The position numbers and the translations under genes were made by a program. Of a stretch of DNA of 64,000 bases, positions 25,677 through 39,660 are shown piece after piece (the first letter of the stretch is position 1; every line of letters starts with the position of its first letter). The notes below the pieces were generated by a model. The model had not been told where the DNA came from. It saw only the letters and a list, made by a program, of their open reading frames with translations, and made no database searches. The DNA lies in the NCBI RefSeq assembly GCF_009914755.1, contig NC_060928.1; one strand, given 5' to 3'. The DNA is from the human T2T-CHM13v2.0 reference genome, Homo sapiens.

Positions 25677-28600
25677 CTGTGAATAAACAAATTAATGGAT
25701 GGATGAAGAAATAAAATTACAATGTTTATATTTCTTTTATTTTATCTTTCATGACTAAACCCTCAAGTCTTTACCTGTGAATCCAGGGACATTAAAAGGC
25801 AATCAACTGTAATATTTCACCTCTGCAAGGATCTGTTAATAAAGTCTTAACAAAGTAGCATCCCTAACCTGCTGAAATGGAAAACTTCAAAATCCACTAA
25901 TAAGTTTCAGTACTATTTCCTGAGACTATTTGCACTAGATAATAAACTAACACTGCTCTATGAAACTTCCTTAGAATGCCAGTGAGGGTACTGGGTGGCT
26001 GGAAAATATGAGCTCTTACAGAATAGCCTCAGTTTAGACAAAAAATATACCTTTCTTTTTGAAATATCCCTTTGAAACAGACATTAAAATGTGTTTAGTG
26101 ATGAAGATGATTTTATGGGTACCAAGCCACGTAAAAAGGGACAAACCTTTGCCCCTAGAGATCCAATACAAGAGCCGGATCAAGTTTATAAGGGCAAAGA
26201 CCCTCAGACAACCTTCAGATACTCAAAGAAATTTCTACCTGATGGTTACCCTGGTTACTGATCAGCTTCCGTCTGAAGCCTTTAGAACTCATGCACTACT
26301 TTTTCTCTCACAAATACTGTTGATGTTAGTTGTGTGCAAAGCACCATGTAGGGTACAAGAACAAATCCTGTCCTCATAGCCTTTGTGTTCTATACTCTTT
26401 TGGCTTCAATCACCACTTCTTCGAATCCATTATGTACAAAAGGGATAAAGTAACATCTAAACCGTAACACCAAGAAAAAAATTAAAGATGAGTAACTATG
26501 GGAAAGGCCCTATTAAGCAAGTTAACCAAGTATCTTTATGTCAAGGTTTCTGTTATGTTCATGTGTACTGTGAATCTCTAAGAAAGGGACAGGATATCAC
26601 ACTTCTCCCAAATATACTTGAGGAAGGAACCCTTCCTTTAAAAAATGCCTATTACTGGTTTCTAGAAGATTGGAAATACTGGGCTAAAGGAGCCACTCCA
26701 AAGATAGAGTTCAGAAAGCAAAGAAAGGCTGTTTGATGGACTGTACCGCACAGCTGGGTTCTAATCACAGCTCTAATCACTACTCCCTGGGGTTCTGTTT
26801 TTCTTGTCTATAATATGAGAATGACAATGTCTTCATTGCTTGTCTTCAAGATTGTGGTGAGATTCAAGAGGTTAATATAGCAAGGTTTTCTTTTTATTCT
26901 ATGTTATGCAACATAAAGAATCATCATTTAGCAATTCTCAGATTGAATTTATGAAGCTAGCTAGTTGGCAGGGACTTCATTTGAACACACTAGTAACTGT
27001 ATTCATTATCTCAGAAGGTGAGGATTTCAGTATCTCATAAACTGCATCTTGCAGGTGACCAAATATTCTGTCTATAAATGAAGCCATTCTTGACTTAAGT
27101 AATTAGTTTTCTAAGAATTATCAAGTACATACTAATGCTGTGCTTCTATTTTGGTCTCTAGAATAATAGTGATTCATTTTCAAAGCATCTCCCTTCCTTT
27201 ATGAATGCCTTGGTTTCCCGTCTATAAAATGGGAATAATTATCCTTACACCACAGATTTGTTGTGAGGATTAAATGATATAATGTATACAATATGCTGTT
27301 AAAATGCCTGACTCTTTTTGAGTATCCCATCCATCATAGTGACTGATTATTAACTTTCAGGTATTCTTTTTCATCAGTTTGTCAACTGTATCACTAAAAG
27401 GATATATTCAATTCAATTGTTCTCCTCTGCACAACATGTAATTAGCTGGTTTCTCTTAAGCTGGCCTAGATAATACATAAAATTATATAGAAAGACAATA
27501 TATAAAAGATCATTATATGGTTGTATCGGTTTGTACTTCTTCATTCATAAACAAAAGCATATCATACCACAATGCTCCTTTTGAAAAAAAAATTAAAATG
27601 AACAAAAAATAAGTAAAAAAGTTACATACTAAGCATTTATCAGAACTACACAGAAAGAGACAGACAGTAGTTCTTTCGAGGACTGCCTGGTGCCGACAGC
27701 CTCTTTGGGCACTGAGCAGCTGTTCTTTTACGGCAGCATAATTTGTAGGAAGGCTGTGCAGCTCTTCCCTTAGCCCAGGAACAAGCCATATATGGATTGC
27801 AGTGATCCCTCACCACAGCTGGATTAAAGCCAGCTCACTCATCCTGTTCCCATGCCTTCCTTCCCAAAGCTATTTCCATGAGTGTTACAGAGAATAAATC
27901 CAAGGTTAGAAGGTTCCTTTACATTCTTCTCCTGTTGCTTCAATGTATTCTGCTTCCCCTCATGATTGAACAATTTCAGTGTAATCTCATGAATACTATA
28001 CTCATTTGGATAGACCATCTTGCTATTGTCATTGCTATCTTAGGAGCACGAAGAAAGGTCTTATATAAATGCACACCTCACAAATTTAACCAGTTGTCTA
28101 AGCATTTTAAGAAGCATGTCTCTCTAGTTGTCTAGTTACTTTACAAAAGTAAAGTATCACAGAGTAAAGAGCTGAGAAGATTCATACAACAGCACAGCTC
28201 TGCAGAAGTCATACAGGGTCAGAACACACTGTAATGGTTCTGTTGCTTTCCAATTACTCCATTAATAGCTACTGAGAATAGACGAAGGCACATGGCCAAA
28301 ATGATGATCTTACCAAGAACTCCAGGCCACTGTACTCACAAATGCTTAAAGGTAACTTACCTTAAATCACTCTAAGCAGAGTAAACCATTAAAAAATTAT
28401 AAAATACTATGCAACTAAAAACTTGCTGAAAATTCAATGCTGAAGATATCAAAATATAATTGGAAGGCTTAAAGAGTGATGTATGCTTATCATATATCTA
28501 TTCCCTAAGCACAGAGTCAGAGAAATAGGGAGGGATAGGGACAGAAATGCCATTTGGAATGAGTCACTGCAAAGCCAAGAAAAAACTACATAATAAAATT

Positions 28601-30130
28601 ATGTTTGAAAATGTCTGGAAGACAGAATCACTTTAAGTGAGTTTTACATGCCCTTAATCACCATAGCTCAGAATCTATGAAGTAATTTCCATTTAATTCC
28701 TTACTCGTGCATTCGATCCACAAATTATTTAGTATAACACTATGATTAAGAACATTAGGCTTTGGGGTCAGAACTTCTGAGTTTGTACCATAGTCTGACA
28801 ATTACTAACTGAGTCCTTGGACTAGTTAAACAACCTCACTAGCCCTCTTTTTCCTCATCTGTAAGTTGGGAATAATTATAGTACATTTATTATAAAGATG
28901 TTGTGAAGGTTAAAAGAGAAATATATATAAATATTAACAAGTGCCTGCCACGTAAATTCTCAACACATCTTTGCAATCATCATTCCACAAATATTTACTG
29001 AGCAACTTTTGTGTATATGGCACTATGAGCTAGCTATAAGGTAATCCAGGGGTGAAAAAGTGCAAAATTTTTCATTAACAATTTTATAATTTAATAAGAA
29101 AAAGAAGACATGAAAGCAAAAAATTATAACAGCAGGCTAAACATAATTGGTGTCATTTAAAAAGTACAAATAATAAGTTACATATTATCAGAAAAGAAGA
29201 TTAATTCCATCCATGTGGAGAGATCACAGAAAGACTTCTGGAAAAAAAAATCTCACATTAGCAAAGACATGGAAGACGAATAGAATCTGGAAACTTAGAG
29301 TTTGGCATCTGGAATGAAGCATTCCAGGTATAGTACACAGCATGAACCCTTTAGGTAAGCTACATCCAGGGTTTGAGTGAAAAGCTGAGGAAAGTCTAAG
29401 TTATAGAAGATTTGAATGCCAGGCTACAAAGTCTGAAATTTATTTCCAGTGGAGAAACATTGAAGACTTTTGAGTAGAATAAGGACAGGATCAGAATTAT
29501 GTTTTAGGAAGATAAATGGAACAGCATAATTTTGGATATAAAGTAATAAAAAAAGGACCAACTATTGGCTAATGTCATTATATCTTCACAAGGCAACTTG
29601 AACCTATATAATTTAATAACAGAGATAGGATGGAAAAAGAGGAGAGAATAGCAGGAGAAATTAATGTCTTCCCACACTCATAATCCAGTGCCTCAAGTGA
29701 GATCTCCGAAAACTTCATCTTCTCAATCCACCATGAAAAAAGTCATGTTCCGATTTTTATGTTGGTAGGAAATGTCTCTTCCCTGTTCAGATCATTTGGT
29801 AATGGGAACTTCGGACATGAATGAGGACTGCCAATACAGTTGTGGCAGCACTGTTAGTCACAGAGAAGTAGAAGACAGAAATAGATACTAAGAAGCCGTA
29901 AATAGGAAAGGATAATGTCTGTAAATAAAGAAAAGGAATAAACTAACCAAAGAACCCGAATTAGAACTCTCCATTACTTCCTCTCCAGTTATTAAACTTT
30001 GGGTGTCCCAAATGACTTTGAGGATCTAATGAAAGCTAGAAGAATGTATATACACACAATTTAGGGGTTTTTCACTTTTCTATGAAGTCCATCCTTGATG
30101 TCCGTGTACCTGAGGTTAAGATTATCTGTA

Positions 30131-33100
30131 AAGATGGCCTAATAGAAGCCTCCTGTGAGAATCAGCCCCTACAGGAACTCCAAATTGAACAACTATGCAC
30201 ACAAAAGGCACCTTTATAAGAACCAAAAATCAGGTGAGTGATCACAGTATCTGGTTTTAACTCTGTATCACTGAAGGAGGCACTGAAGAGGGCAGGAAAG
30301 ACAGTGTCGACCTGCCAATGCCACCCATCCCACATCCTCCAGCAGTGGCCACATGGCATGCAGAGAGAGTCTGTGCACTTGGAAGAGGGAAAGCATGGTG
30401 ACTGGGACTTTGCATTAGAATTCAGTGTTACCCTGTCACAGCGAAAAGCAACACCAGGCAGAACTCAGCTGGCACCAGTGGAGGGAGCATTTAGACTAGC
30501 CTGACCCAGAGGAGAACTGCCCATCCCAGCAGTCGAAACCTGACTTCCAGGATGGGTAATTCTGAAACTGGCAAGCTCGTCACTGGGGGTTAAAGTGCCC
30601 GAGGGTCCTAAATAAACTTGAAAAGCAGCCTAGGCCACAAGGACTACAATTCCTGGGCAAGTCATGGTGCTGTGCTGGGCTCAGAGCCTATGGACTTGGG
30701 GTGTATGCAATCTACTGAGACACCAGCTGAGGAGAGCTAGGGAGTGATTGCATCATCCCTCCCCCAACCCTAAGCAGTGCAGCTCGCAGCTCTGAGCAAA
30801 ACTCCTCCCTTCTGCTTGCTGAGAGGAGAGGGAAGAGTAAAGACGACTTTGTCTTCAAACTTGGACACCAGCTTAGCCACAGTAGGATAGAGCACTGAGC
30901 AAAGTCATGAGGCCCCCATTCCAGGCCCTCGCTCCCAGACCTTTCTAGACACATGCTGAAACCTGCTGCCTTGAAAAGATGGACCCAGATTTGGCAGGAT
31001 TCATCACCCACTGAATAAAGAGCACTTGGGCCCTGAATAAGCAGCAGTGGTAGCTAGGTAGTAGGTGGCCGTGTGCCTGGGGTGATACTCTGAGGCATGC
31101 TGGCTTCAGATATGACCCAGCACCTTCCTAGCTGTGGTGGCTATGGGGAGAGACTACTTCTGCTTGAAGAAAAGAGAGGGAAGAGTAAATGGGACTTTGT
31201 CTTGCAGCTCAGATGCCAACTCAGGCACAGTGGAGTAGAGCACTGAGCAGGCTCTTGGGGTCCCCAAGTGCAGGCCCTGGCTCTTGGATGGCATCTCTGA
31301 ACTTACCCTGGGCCAGAGAAAAGCCTGTTGGCCTGAAGGGAGAGACCCAGGCCTTGTAGCATTCACCATAAGCTGACTGAAGAGGCCTTGGGCCTTGAGT
31401 GAACATTAGCAGTAGCCAGGAAAAACTCACCATGGGCCAGGGCCGCTGGTGGTCACAGAGAGAGACTCCTCTACTTGTGGGAAAAAAAAAGGGAAGAGTA
31501 GATAGATCCTGACTCCAAGCCCTGGATCCCAAACAACATCTCTGGACCCACGTGAGATCCGGGGAACCTGCCACCTTGAAGAAAAGGACACCAGCCTGGC
31601 TGGCTTCACCACCTACTGATTGTAGAGTCCTCAGGCCTTGAATGAAAATTGGCAGGAGCCAGACAATGATTATTGTGAGCCTAGGGCAATACCTAGTGCT
31701 GTGCTTGATTCCATTCTAACCCAGTGCAGTCTCTGCAGTGGAGACCACAGGGATGCTATGTTGCTTTCTCTTCCCAGCTCCAGGCAGCTCAACACAGAGA
31801 AAAAGATTCCATTTGTTTGGGAGACAGTAAGGGAAGAAAACTAAAGTCTCTGATAATCCAGAGAATTATTCAGGATCTTATCCAAATCACCAAAGTGGTT
31901 CCTCTATGAGACTGCAAGAGCCACAGCCTCACTGAGCTTGGGGTGCCCCCCAGTGCAGATAATGGCTGCAGTGACCAAAATCTTAGATCACAACATCCAA
32001 GTCCCTCCAAATACCTGGGAAGCCTTCTCAAGGACAAGTACAAATAAGCCCAGACTGTGAAGACTACAATAAATGCCTAACTACTTAATGTCTAAGCATC
32101 AATGAATATCCACAAGCATCAAGACCATCCAGGAAAATATGACCTCACCTAATGAACTAAATAAGGTACCAGGAACCAATTATGGAAAGACAAAGATATG
32201 TGACTTTTCAGGCCGATAATTTAAAATAGCTGTTTTTAGGAAACTCAAAAAGCCAGTATTACCCTGATATCAAAACAAGGCAAAGACACATTAAAAAAAG
32301 AAAACTACAGGCCAATATCCCTGATGAATATTAATGCAAAACTCCTCAACAAAATGCTAGCGAACTGAGTTAAACAACACATTTAAAAGATATTTCATTA
32401 TGGCCACATGGGATTTATCACAGCAATGTAGGGATGGTTCTACATACACAAATCAATGTGATATATAATATCAATAGAATGATAGCAGGATCCTATTAGA
32501 TAAATTTAACAAAGATATTGAAATAATTAAAAAGAATCAAGCAAAAGCTGACATACTGAAGAATCCACCAGAGTCTCTTGATAGCAAAATTAATCAAGCA
32601 GAAGTGAGCATTAGTGAGCCTGAAGAAAGGCTATTTGAAAATATATAGTCAAAAGAGAAAAAAGAAAAGAGAATTAAAAATGATAAAAGCATTCCTGTAA
32701 GATATAGAAAATAGCCTCAAAAGGGCAAATCTAAGATTTATTGGCCTTAAAGGGGCTTAAAACCCCTAGAGTGAGGAGAAAGTTTATTCAAAGGGATAAT
32801 AACAGAAAACTTCCCAAACCTAGAGAAATATACCAATACTCATATACAAGAAGATATAGAACACCAAGCAGATTTAACCCAAAGAAGACTATCTCAAGAC
32901 ATTTAATAATCATACTCCCAAAGGTCAAGAATAAAGAAAGGATCCTAAAAGCAGCAAGAGAAAAGAAACAAATAACACAATGGTGCTCCTATATGTCTGG
33001 CAGCAGACTTCTCAGTGGAAACCTCACAGGCCAGAAGAGAGTGGCATGACATAAAGGGCTGAAGGAAAAAATCTTTTATCATGGGATAGTATATCCAGTG

Positions 33101-34230
33101 AAAATATCCTTCAGACATGAAGGAGAAATAAAGACTTCCTCAGACAAAAGCTAAGAGATTTCAGCAACACCTGTCCTACAAGAAGTGCTAAAGGGAGTTC
33201 TTCAGTGGGAAAGAAAAGGATGTTAATGAGCATTAAGAAACCACCTGAAGGTAAAAAAACTTACTAGTAAGTACACAGAAAAACACAGAATATTATAACA
33301 TTGTAATTGTGATATGAGTATATCTTCAGTAGAAAGACAAAACAATGAACCTATCACAAATTACAGCCACAGCAACTTTTCAAGACAGACAATACAATAA
33401 GATATTAATAGAAACAACAAAAAGTCAAAAAACTAAAACTAGAGCTACCTTATGATCCAGCAATACCACTGCTACGTATATACTTAAAAAAAAGGAAATC
33501 AGTATATCAAAGAGGTATCCGGACTCTCATGTTTATTGCAGCGCCATTCACAATAGCCAAGATTTGGAAGAAACCTAAGTGCCCATCAACAAATTAATGA
33601 ATAAAGAAAATGTGGCACTTAAAAACAGTGGAATACCATTCAGCCATAAAAAAAAATAAGATCCTATCATTTGCAACAACATAGATGGAATTGGATGTCA
33701 CTATGTTAAGTGAAATAAGCCAGGCACAGAAAGAAAAACTTCACGTGTTCTAACTTATCTGTGGGAGCTAAAAATTAAAACAATGGAATGCATGGAGACA
33801 GAGAGTAGAATGATGGTTACCAGAGGCTAGCAAAGACAGTGGGTTGGGTGGAAGAGGGAATGGTTAATGAGCACAAAAAAATAGATAGAATAAATAAGAT
33901 CTAGTATGTGATAGCACAACAGAGGGATTATAGCTAACAGTAATTTATTGTATATTTTAAAATAACTAAAAGAGTAGAATTGGATTGTGCTTAAGGTAAT
34001 GGATACATACCTCATTTAGTCTGATGTGGTTATTATGCTTGAGGTAATGGATACATAATTACCATTGTGTATCCATTAAAGGATAAATGCTTGAGGTAGT
34101 GGATACATACCTCATTTAGTCTGACGTGGTTATTATGCATTGCATGTCTGTATCAAAATATCTCATGTGCCCCATATATACAGCTACTTTAGATGCCCAC
34201 AAAATTAAAAATAAAAAATGTATTAAATTT
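30131..34230 (+). mobile_element. Old L1 (L1PB/L1MA-like): 5' UTR, decayed ORF1, large internal deletion, 3' end
   Basis: AAGATGGC start, repetitive GC-rich 5' UTR, ORF1 remnant (ORF-track 32741..33049 KERILKAAREKKQIT), ORF2 C-terminus/3' UTR from ~33432 and A-rich tail. Confidence 0.8.
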
Positions 34231-34377
34231 AAAAAATCAATGAATAAAATAAAAGAATCAGTAAAGAAAGAAAAAGATTATCTATACATGCTGCAGTTCT
34301 ATGAAGATTGAGTCCCTTTCCAGTTGCGATATACACTAAAAATTCCACTAACAGGACAAATACACTTTTATACTTAC

Positions 34378-34487
34378 AATATCTGTCGTTAGCGCAGCAC
34401 AGGGATGAAAATGATCAAAATAAACATCATCATGTTTTACTGAACATATATGCTTCTCTAAATCATTGTATCTCTCTCCACAGAGCA
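34378..34487 (-). CDS. DDX60L: DDX60L exon, 110 nt, phase 1/0 (VLCGERYNDLEKHICSVKHDDVYFDHFHPCAALTTDI)
   Basis: atctag|TGCTCT ... GATATT|gtaagt. Confidence 0.92.
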
Positions 34488-34626
34488 CTAGATACGAAGA
34501 GCAAGAATATCCAAATTAATGGACATACGATTATTAGAATATGGATTTAAAACACAAAAATCCCTATAAAAAGCTTTGTAGTAAAATATAAAAATATATA
34601 GTAAAACATAAAAAAAATAAGCTTAC

Positions 34627-34769
34627 CAAGTCTAACTTCATATGATTGATTTTTATATGAATGGTCTTGGAGAAAGTTGAGACATTTGTCAGCCTGTTTT
34701 TCAGAAATACATTTCTCTTCCATAATCTTGTCTGCCTGTTTCCAGTACTGTTTTACTGATTGCAGCCAC
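34627..34769 (-). CDS. DDX60L: DDX60L exon, 143 nt, phase 2/1 (WLQSVKQYWKQADKIMEEK...SYEVRL)
   Basis: tgtaag|GTGGCT ... GACTTG|gtaagc; overlaps ORF-track 34547..34855. Confidence 0.92.
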
Positions 34770-35407
34770 CTTACAGAATAAACATGCATATAATTTAAAT
34801 AAAATATAGAAGTATTTATCAAGAACTTGGATATTTTAAACAAAGAAAATTTCACAAGTTTAAAAATTTAGAGCATGCCCTCTCAATTTAAACCACCTGA
34901 GTTGACTTCAGAGCTGTGGACTTTGGGCAAATTCCTCAGCTTCTCTATGCCTCCCTTTCTCCATCATAACATAGAAGATAACGAAAGTATCTTTCTCATA
35001 AGGGTGTTGCGTGGCTTGAATGAGTTAGCGTGCCTGCCACATAGAAAGCACTGTGTGCTTGTTACCGGTGCTGCTGTTACTGCCATCGTCGCTGTTACCA
35101 GGAAAAATCAAGTCTGGTAACAAAACAATACCTGACGTTCATATAATGCTTTGTTGTTCTTATGATTGTCATCTGCAAGGTCAATGACTGTGTCCCAGTT
35201 ATTTCCATTTTAGCTTTAATTATTGGATAAGGACAAAGAAAGGGGGATACAATTCTCTCTCTTACTTCAGATGACATTTATTTGAAAATTTTTAGAAATT
35301 GTCCTGCACAATTTCAGATCTGGCTATGGGAGACCTTGATTTTCTTTGGAGAAGATGTTTTCCTTCTCTAACTTCCAGGAAATATATCTTCAAAAAAATT
35401 TGAGAAA

Positions 35408-35517
35408 GCCAGACATGGTAATGTACACCTGTGGTCCCAGCTACTCAGGAGGCTGAGGTGGGAGGATTCCTTCAGCCCAGGAGTTTAAGGCCAGCCTGGG
35501 CAACAAAGCAAGACCAC
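35408..35517 (+). mobile_element. FLAM (Alu monomer)
   Basis: Single monomer ending CCTGGGCAACAAAGCAAGACC. Confidence 0.75.
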
Positions 35518-35651
35518 TGACGTTTCAAAGATTGGGTAATAAATTTATTTGAAAGTTATTATAGAAAAAACCTTAAAGACTTCAGACCATATAGACAGTA
35601 TATAATTCAACCACTGAATATATAACAACCACTCTTTTTACCTATACCTAC

Positions 35652-35767
35652 TTGGTGAGAAGATTTGGGTTATTTATGGTAGCTGAAAGAACCAAAAAGG
35701 GACATCGAATAATGACAAGGAGGAGCTCCCAAAATTTTGCTCCAACTTCTCTGCCAAGATAATGGAC
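35652..35767 (-). CDS. DDX60L: DDX60L exon, 116 nt, phase 0/2, end of DEVH box and motif III (VHYLGREVGAKFWELLLVIIRCPFLVLSATINNPNLLT)
   Basis: tactag|GTCCAT ... CACCAA|gtaggt. Confidence 0.95.
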
Positions 35768-37039
35768 CTAGTAAAGAAAAAAAAATCAGTTGAAAAGTTG
35801 ATGTCAAAATCGTAAATAAAAAATAGAAGCATAAAATCATCATGCATATTTTTCCAGTTTCCTATAAATGACCTAACCTAAATAAAGTGAATGGTGATAA
35901 ATTCAGACAATAGACATCATGACACTTAACTGTCTCCAATCTCCACATCTAAACCATTATTAATTCCTACAGATTCCAATTCCAAAAATCTATTTTGAAG
36001 CTATGTTTTTCTCTCCATTTTTTGTTGTCATTGAAGCCACCATCACCTGGCTTTCTACAACAGCCTTCTGATTTTTCTCTTAGCTTCCACTCTTTCTCTA
36101 TACTTTCTTCACATCATAGCCCTAATGGTATTATTAAACAAAAATCAAATTAGGCTACATACCTAATTAAATCCCTACACTGTCCTCCCAATGCATTTAC
36201 AGTAAACCACAAGCTGCTTAACTGGAAGTGTAACTTCCTGCATGGTCTGGCTTCTTCCCACCTTTCCAACCCCATCTCAGGCCACTTTCCCCGCCATGCA
36301 CTCTGCTCCCAACATACTGGCCTTCTTTTCATACCTTGAACACACGTGTTCCACCTGAGGGCCTTCACATATACGACCCTGCTACTTAAAATCCTCATCC
36401 ACCTCTTAGCTGACCATTCCTGCTTATCCCTGCAAAGCCCAGCTGAAGGTCATTGCCTCAGAAACACCTTCCCTGAGTACCTGCTCCAAAGTTGTTGTTC
36501 TTACTTCCCATTTTGCTATTATCTTGGTGAAAACTAACTGATTTTTTTTTCTTCAGAGTTTGTATCACAATGTTTACTTATATTTTCATTGGTACATTTA
36601 CTTATTTAATTGCTCTCCCCTTCACTAAACCACAAGGTCAGTACTGGCATATCAGGGAGAAAGCACAGTGTCTAGCACAGAGTAGGTACTCAATTAATAT
36701 CTGTTGAATGAATGAATCAATCCTCTTTGGTTCAATAATGCAAATTAAGACTTAGAGAGGAGGTCCAAATTTTGGTCTTAAACAGAATACATCGTGACAA
36801 TTGGGTCTCAGCTGGAAAGACTTACTAATCAAGGCTAGTAATAAATACATAAAGAAGAATATTTTCATATCCCTTCTGACTTTGATCTAGTCAGATAATC
36901 GCCCACTTTACCAAATGCTAATCTTATATTTTGTATCAGCAGGCAATTTCTCTGAACTTTCTAGAATAAACAATTTTTAAAGCCTTCTTACAATCAAGTT
37001 TTGTGCATGTATAAATCAGAAAACCAAAGTTACCCACAT

Positions 37040-37533
<494 letters not shown>

Positions 37534-38271
37534 TGACAGCATGTCTACCAACTCTCAACTTCACACAAAAAAGGAGTAGATTCACTACATAGGTTTATCA
37601 CCTAGTTTTCCTTTAAGTTGAAAATTCCTTGAAGCAACAAAATACAAAGCTTGAATTCTATTTACAGTTCTTTCCATTCATTTTGATAATAACATAGCTA
37701 TGTCCTTCCAGATCTACACCATTCGCCACCTTCCTCTCTGGCCAATGAGTCTGACCTTGGGAATTGGCTCACCCAGCCTCCTTAGCCCTCTAGCTTCTAC
37801 TGGGTTTGGCCAGTGGGAAGCCTAGGCAAGAAATGGGAAGGAGAGAAGACAGTGAGGTCAAGGTCTTTATTCTTTTGCTCTCTCTCCCTAAGAGGTCAAC
37901 CTTGGCCAGCTGCATTTCTTCACCAAGGTCACTGTTCTTCTCAAAGAGACATATCTATAGAATCTCTCTTCTGTTAAGGTTCATAATGCTTCCCCCTCCC
38001 TTCATCCTTACAGGGTTGAAAGGCTTGTACTATTCTGGATTACTGCACTTACCTTGTGGTTTCCCTTGTACAAACCTTTGTAAACAGCCCCTTAGTAAAA
38101 ACACTTTTCTAAAAATTGTACTAACGTGAATATGCAATCTGTTTTCCATTGGTACCCTGGCTGACGCACAACTTAACTGCCATCATTGAAAAAGCCCTAT
38201 ATTCTTTAAATTACAAATTATAGGGTGTATGCAGACTAGAACATCAACCAGAGAACTAACACCAAACCTAC

Positions 38272-38367
38272 CTCATCAAATATAACATATCTGATCCTTT
38301 CCACCCATTTTTGGCGATGAGGAGCAAGCAACAGGATTTCAAAACATTCCGGCACTGTAATAAGTAC
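38272..38367 (-). CDS. DDX60L: DDX60L exon, 96 nt, phase 0/0 (VLITVPECFEILLLAPHRQKWVERIRYVIFDE)
   Basis: ttgtag|GTACTT ... GATGAG|gtaggt; Walker B DE|VH is split by the next intron. Confidence 0.95.
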
Positions 38368-38714
38368 CTACAAATATGAATGATTAGTGTAGCTAACTTT
38401 ATGGAGCATTAATTTTATATCAGGCATAGTAATAGGAACCTAGAAAATATGCTGCTGCTGATAGCAGTTTCATTAAGATAATATTGCATCTTTGACGTTT
38501 TTCATTTAAGTCTTTACATTTATGAACATTTGGATTAATGAAAATGAAAAAGAGCTTCTACTCTGTAATGACTGTTTTACATTTTGTTTAGTCTTAAATG
38601 TCTACTTTGTGAATTCAATAAGGGAGACAATCTATCTTAATCTATGATTTACCTATCGAAGGGTCCACTATCAACACACAATCTTTTTGAGACAAGGTTT
38701 TATTATAAGGATCC

Positions 38715-39032
38715 ATAAATATCATTCAAAAGAACTAGCAATTTTGAATGGAAAGAAAAGGTTGGGTAGTCATTTAGTAATGCATTGGGTTTGTTAAATC
38801 TACTTGAATCCCTTTCTAAGTTATACTGAAATATCATAATCTTCTATTTGAAATTTCAGATCACAATGTAAGTATAAATATTGTTCACAAGACCTAGCAA
38901 TTTTGAATGGAAAGACAAGGTTGGATAGTCATTTAGTAATGCATTGGGTTTGTCAAATCTACTTGACTCCCTCTCTAAGTTATAATGAAATATCATAACT
39001 TTCTATTTGAAATTTCAGTTCACAATGTGAAT
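38715..39032 (+). repeat. 159-bp tandem duplication (2 copies, ~90% identical)
   Basis: 38715-38873 vs 38874-39032; 15 mismatches by hand count, no indels. Confidence 0.92.
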
Positions 39033-39230
39033 ATCCTTAGAGATGGTGAGCCTAGTTCTTACTTTTTAGAGTAGAACAACCTTAAATTTTCCTTAGAGCA
39101 ATTTCATTTTCTTTGTGAATTCAGTGAAATGATTTCTATAAGGGCTTGTGTTTTGCAGATTCCCAGCAAAACAGTTATATAAGTACTGCTCTATAATTTG
39201 ATAATAAACTCATTAATTAATATGTCATAC

Positions 39231-39350
39231 CTGACAGTTTAGTACATTGTGACGATAATCTCTTGTAAAAGCACCGCATAGAGTTCTGCCGGCAGGCAAC
39301 GTTTTAGTAAAACGATTCTCAACAGTTGCAGCCACTTGACCAACAAGGGA
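39231..39350 (-). CDS. DDX60L: DDX60L exon, 120 nt, phase 0/0 (SLVGQVAATVENRFTKTLPAGRTLCGAFTRDYRHNVLNCQ)
   Basis: aatcag|TCCCTT ... TGTCAG|gtatga. Confidence 0.94.
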
Positions 39351-39424
39351 CTGATTGACAAGAAAAAAAACCATTAGTCACTTAGTAGAGAAGAGACATA
39401 TAAAACCTTGAGGACAACCGAATC

Positions 39425-39427
<3 letters not shown>

Positions 39428-39471
<44 letters not shown>

Positions 39472-39570
39472 CAATGAAAATGAAATGAAGTAGGGAAAAA
39501 TACAGATGGTAATGAAATTATCTGATACCACTGAGTATTCTCTTTGATCCTCCTTGATTTTAAACACACA

Positions 39571-39603
<33 letters not shown>

Positions 39604-39604
39604 G

Positions 39605-39659
<55 letters not shown>

Positions 39660-39660
39660 T
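39428..39660 (+). repeat. Compound STR cluster: (CA)~20, (CA)~19, (AGAT)9(AGAC)4
   Basis: Read directly. Confidence 0.95.

Noticed and set aside
30780-31500. Recurring GAGAGGGAAGAGTAA..GACTTTGTCTT blocks
   Set aside because: Internal repeats typical of old L1 5' UTRs; not an independent system.
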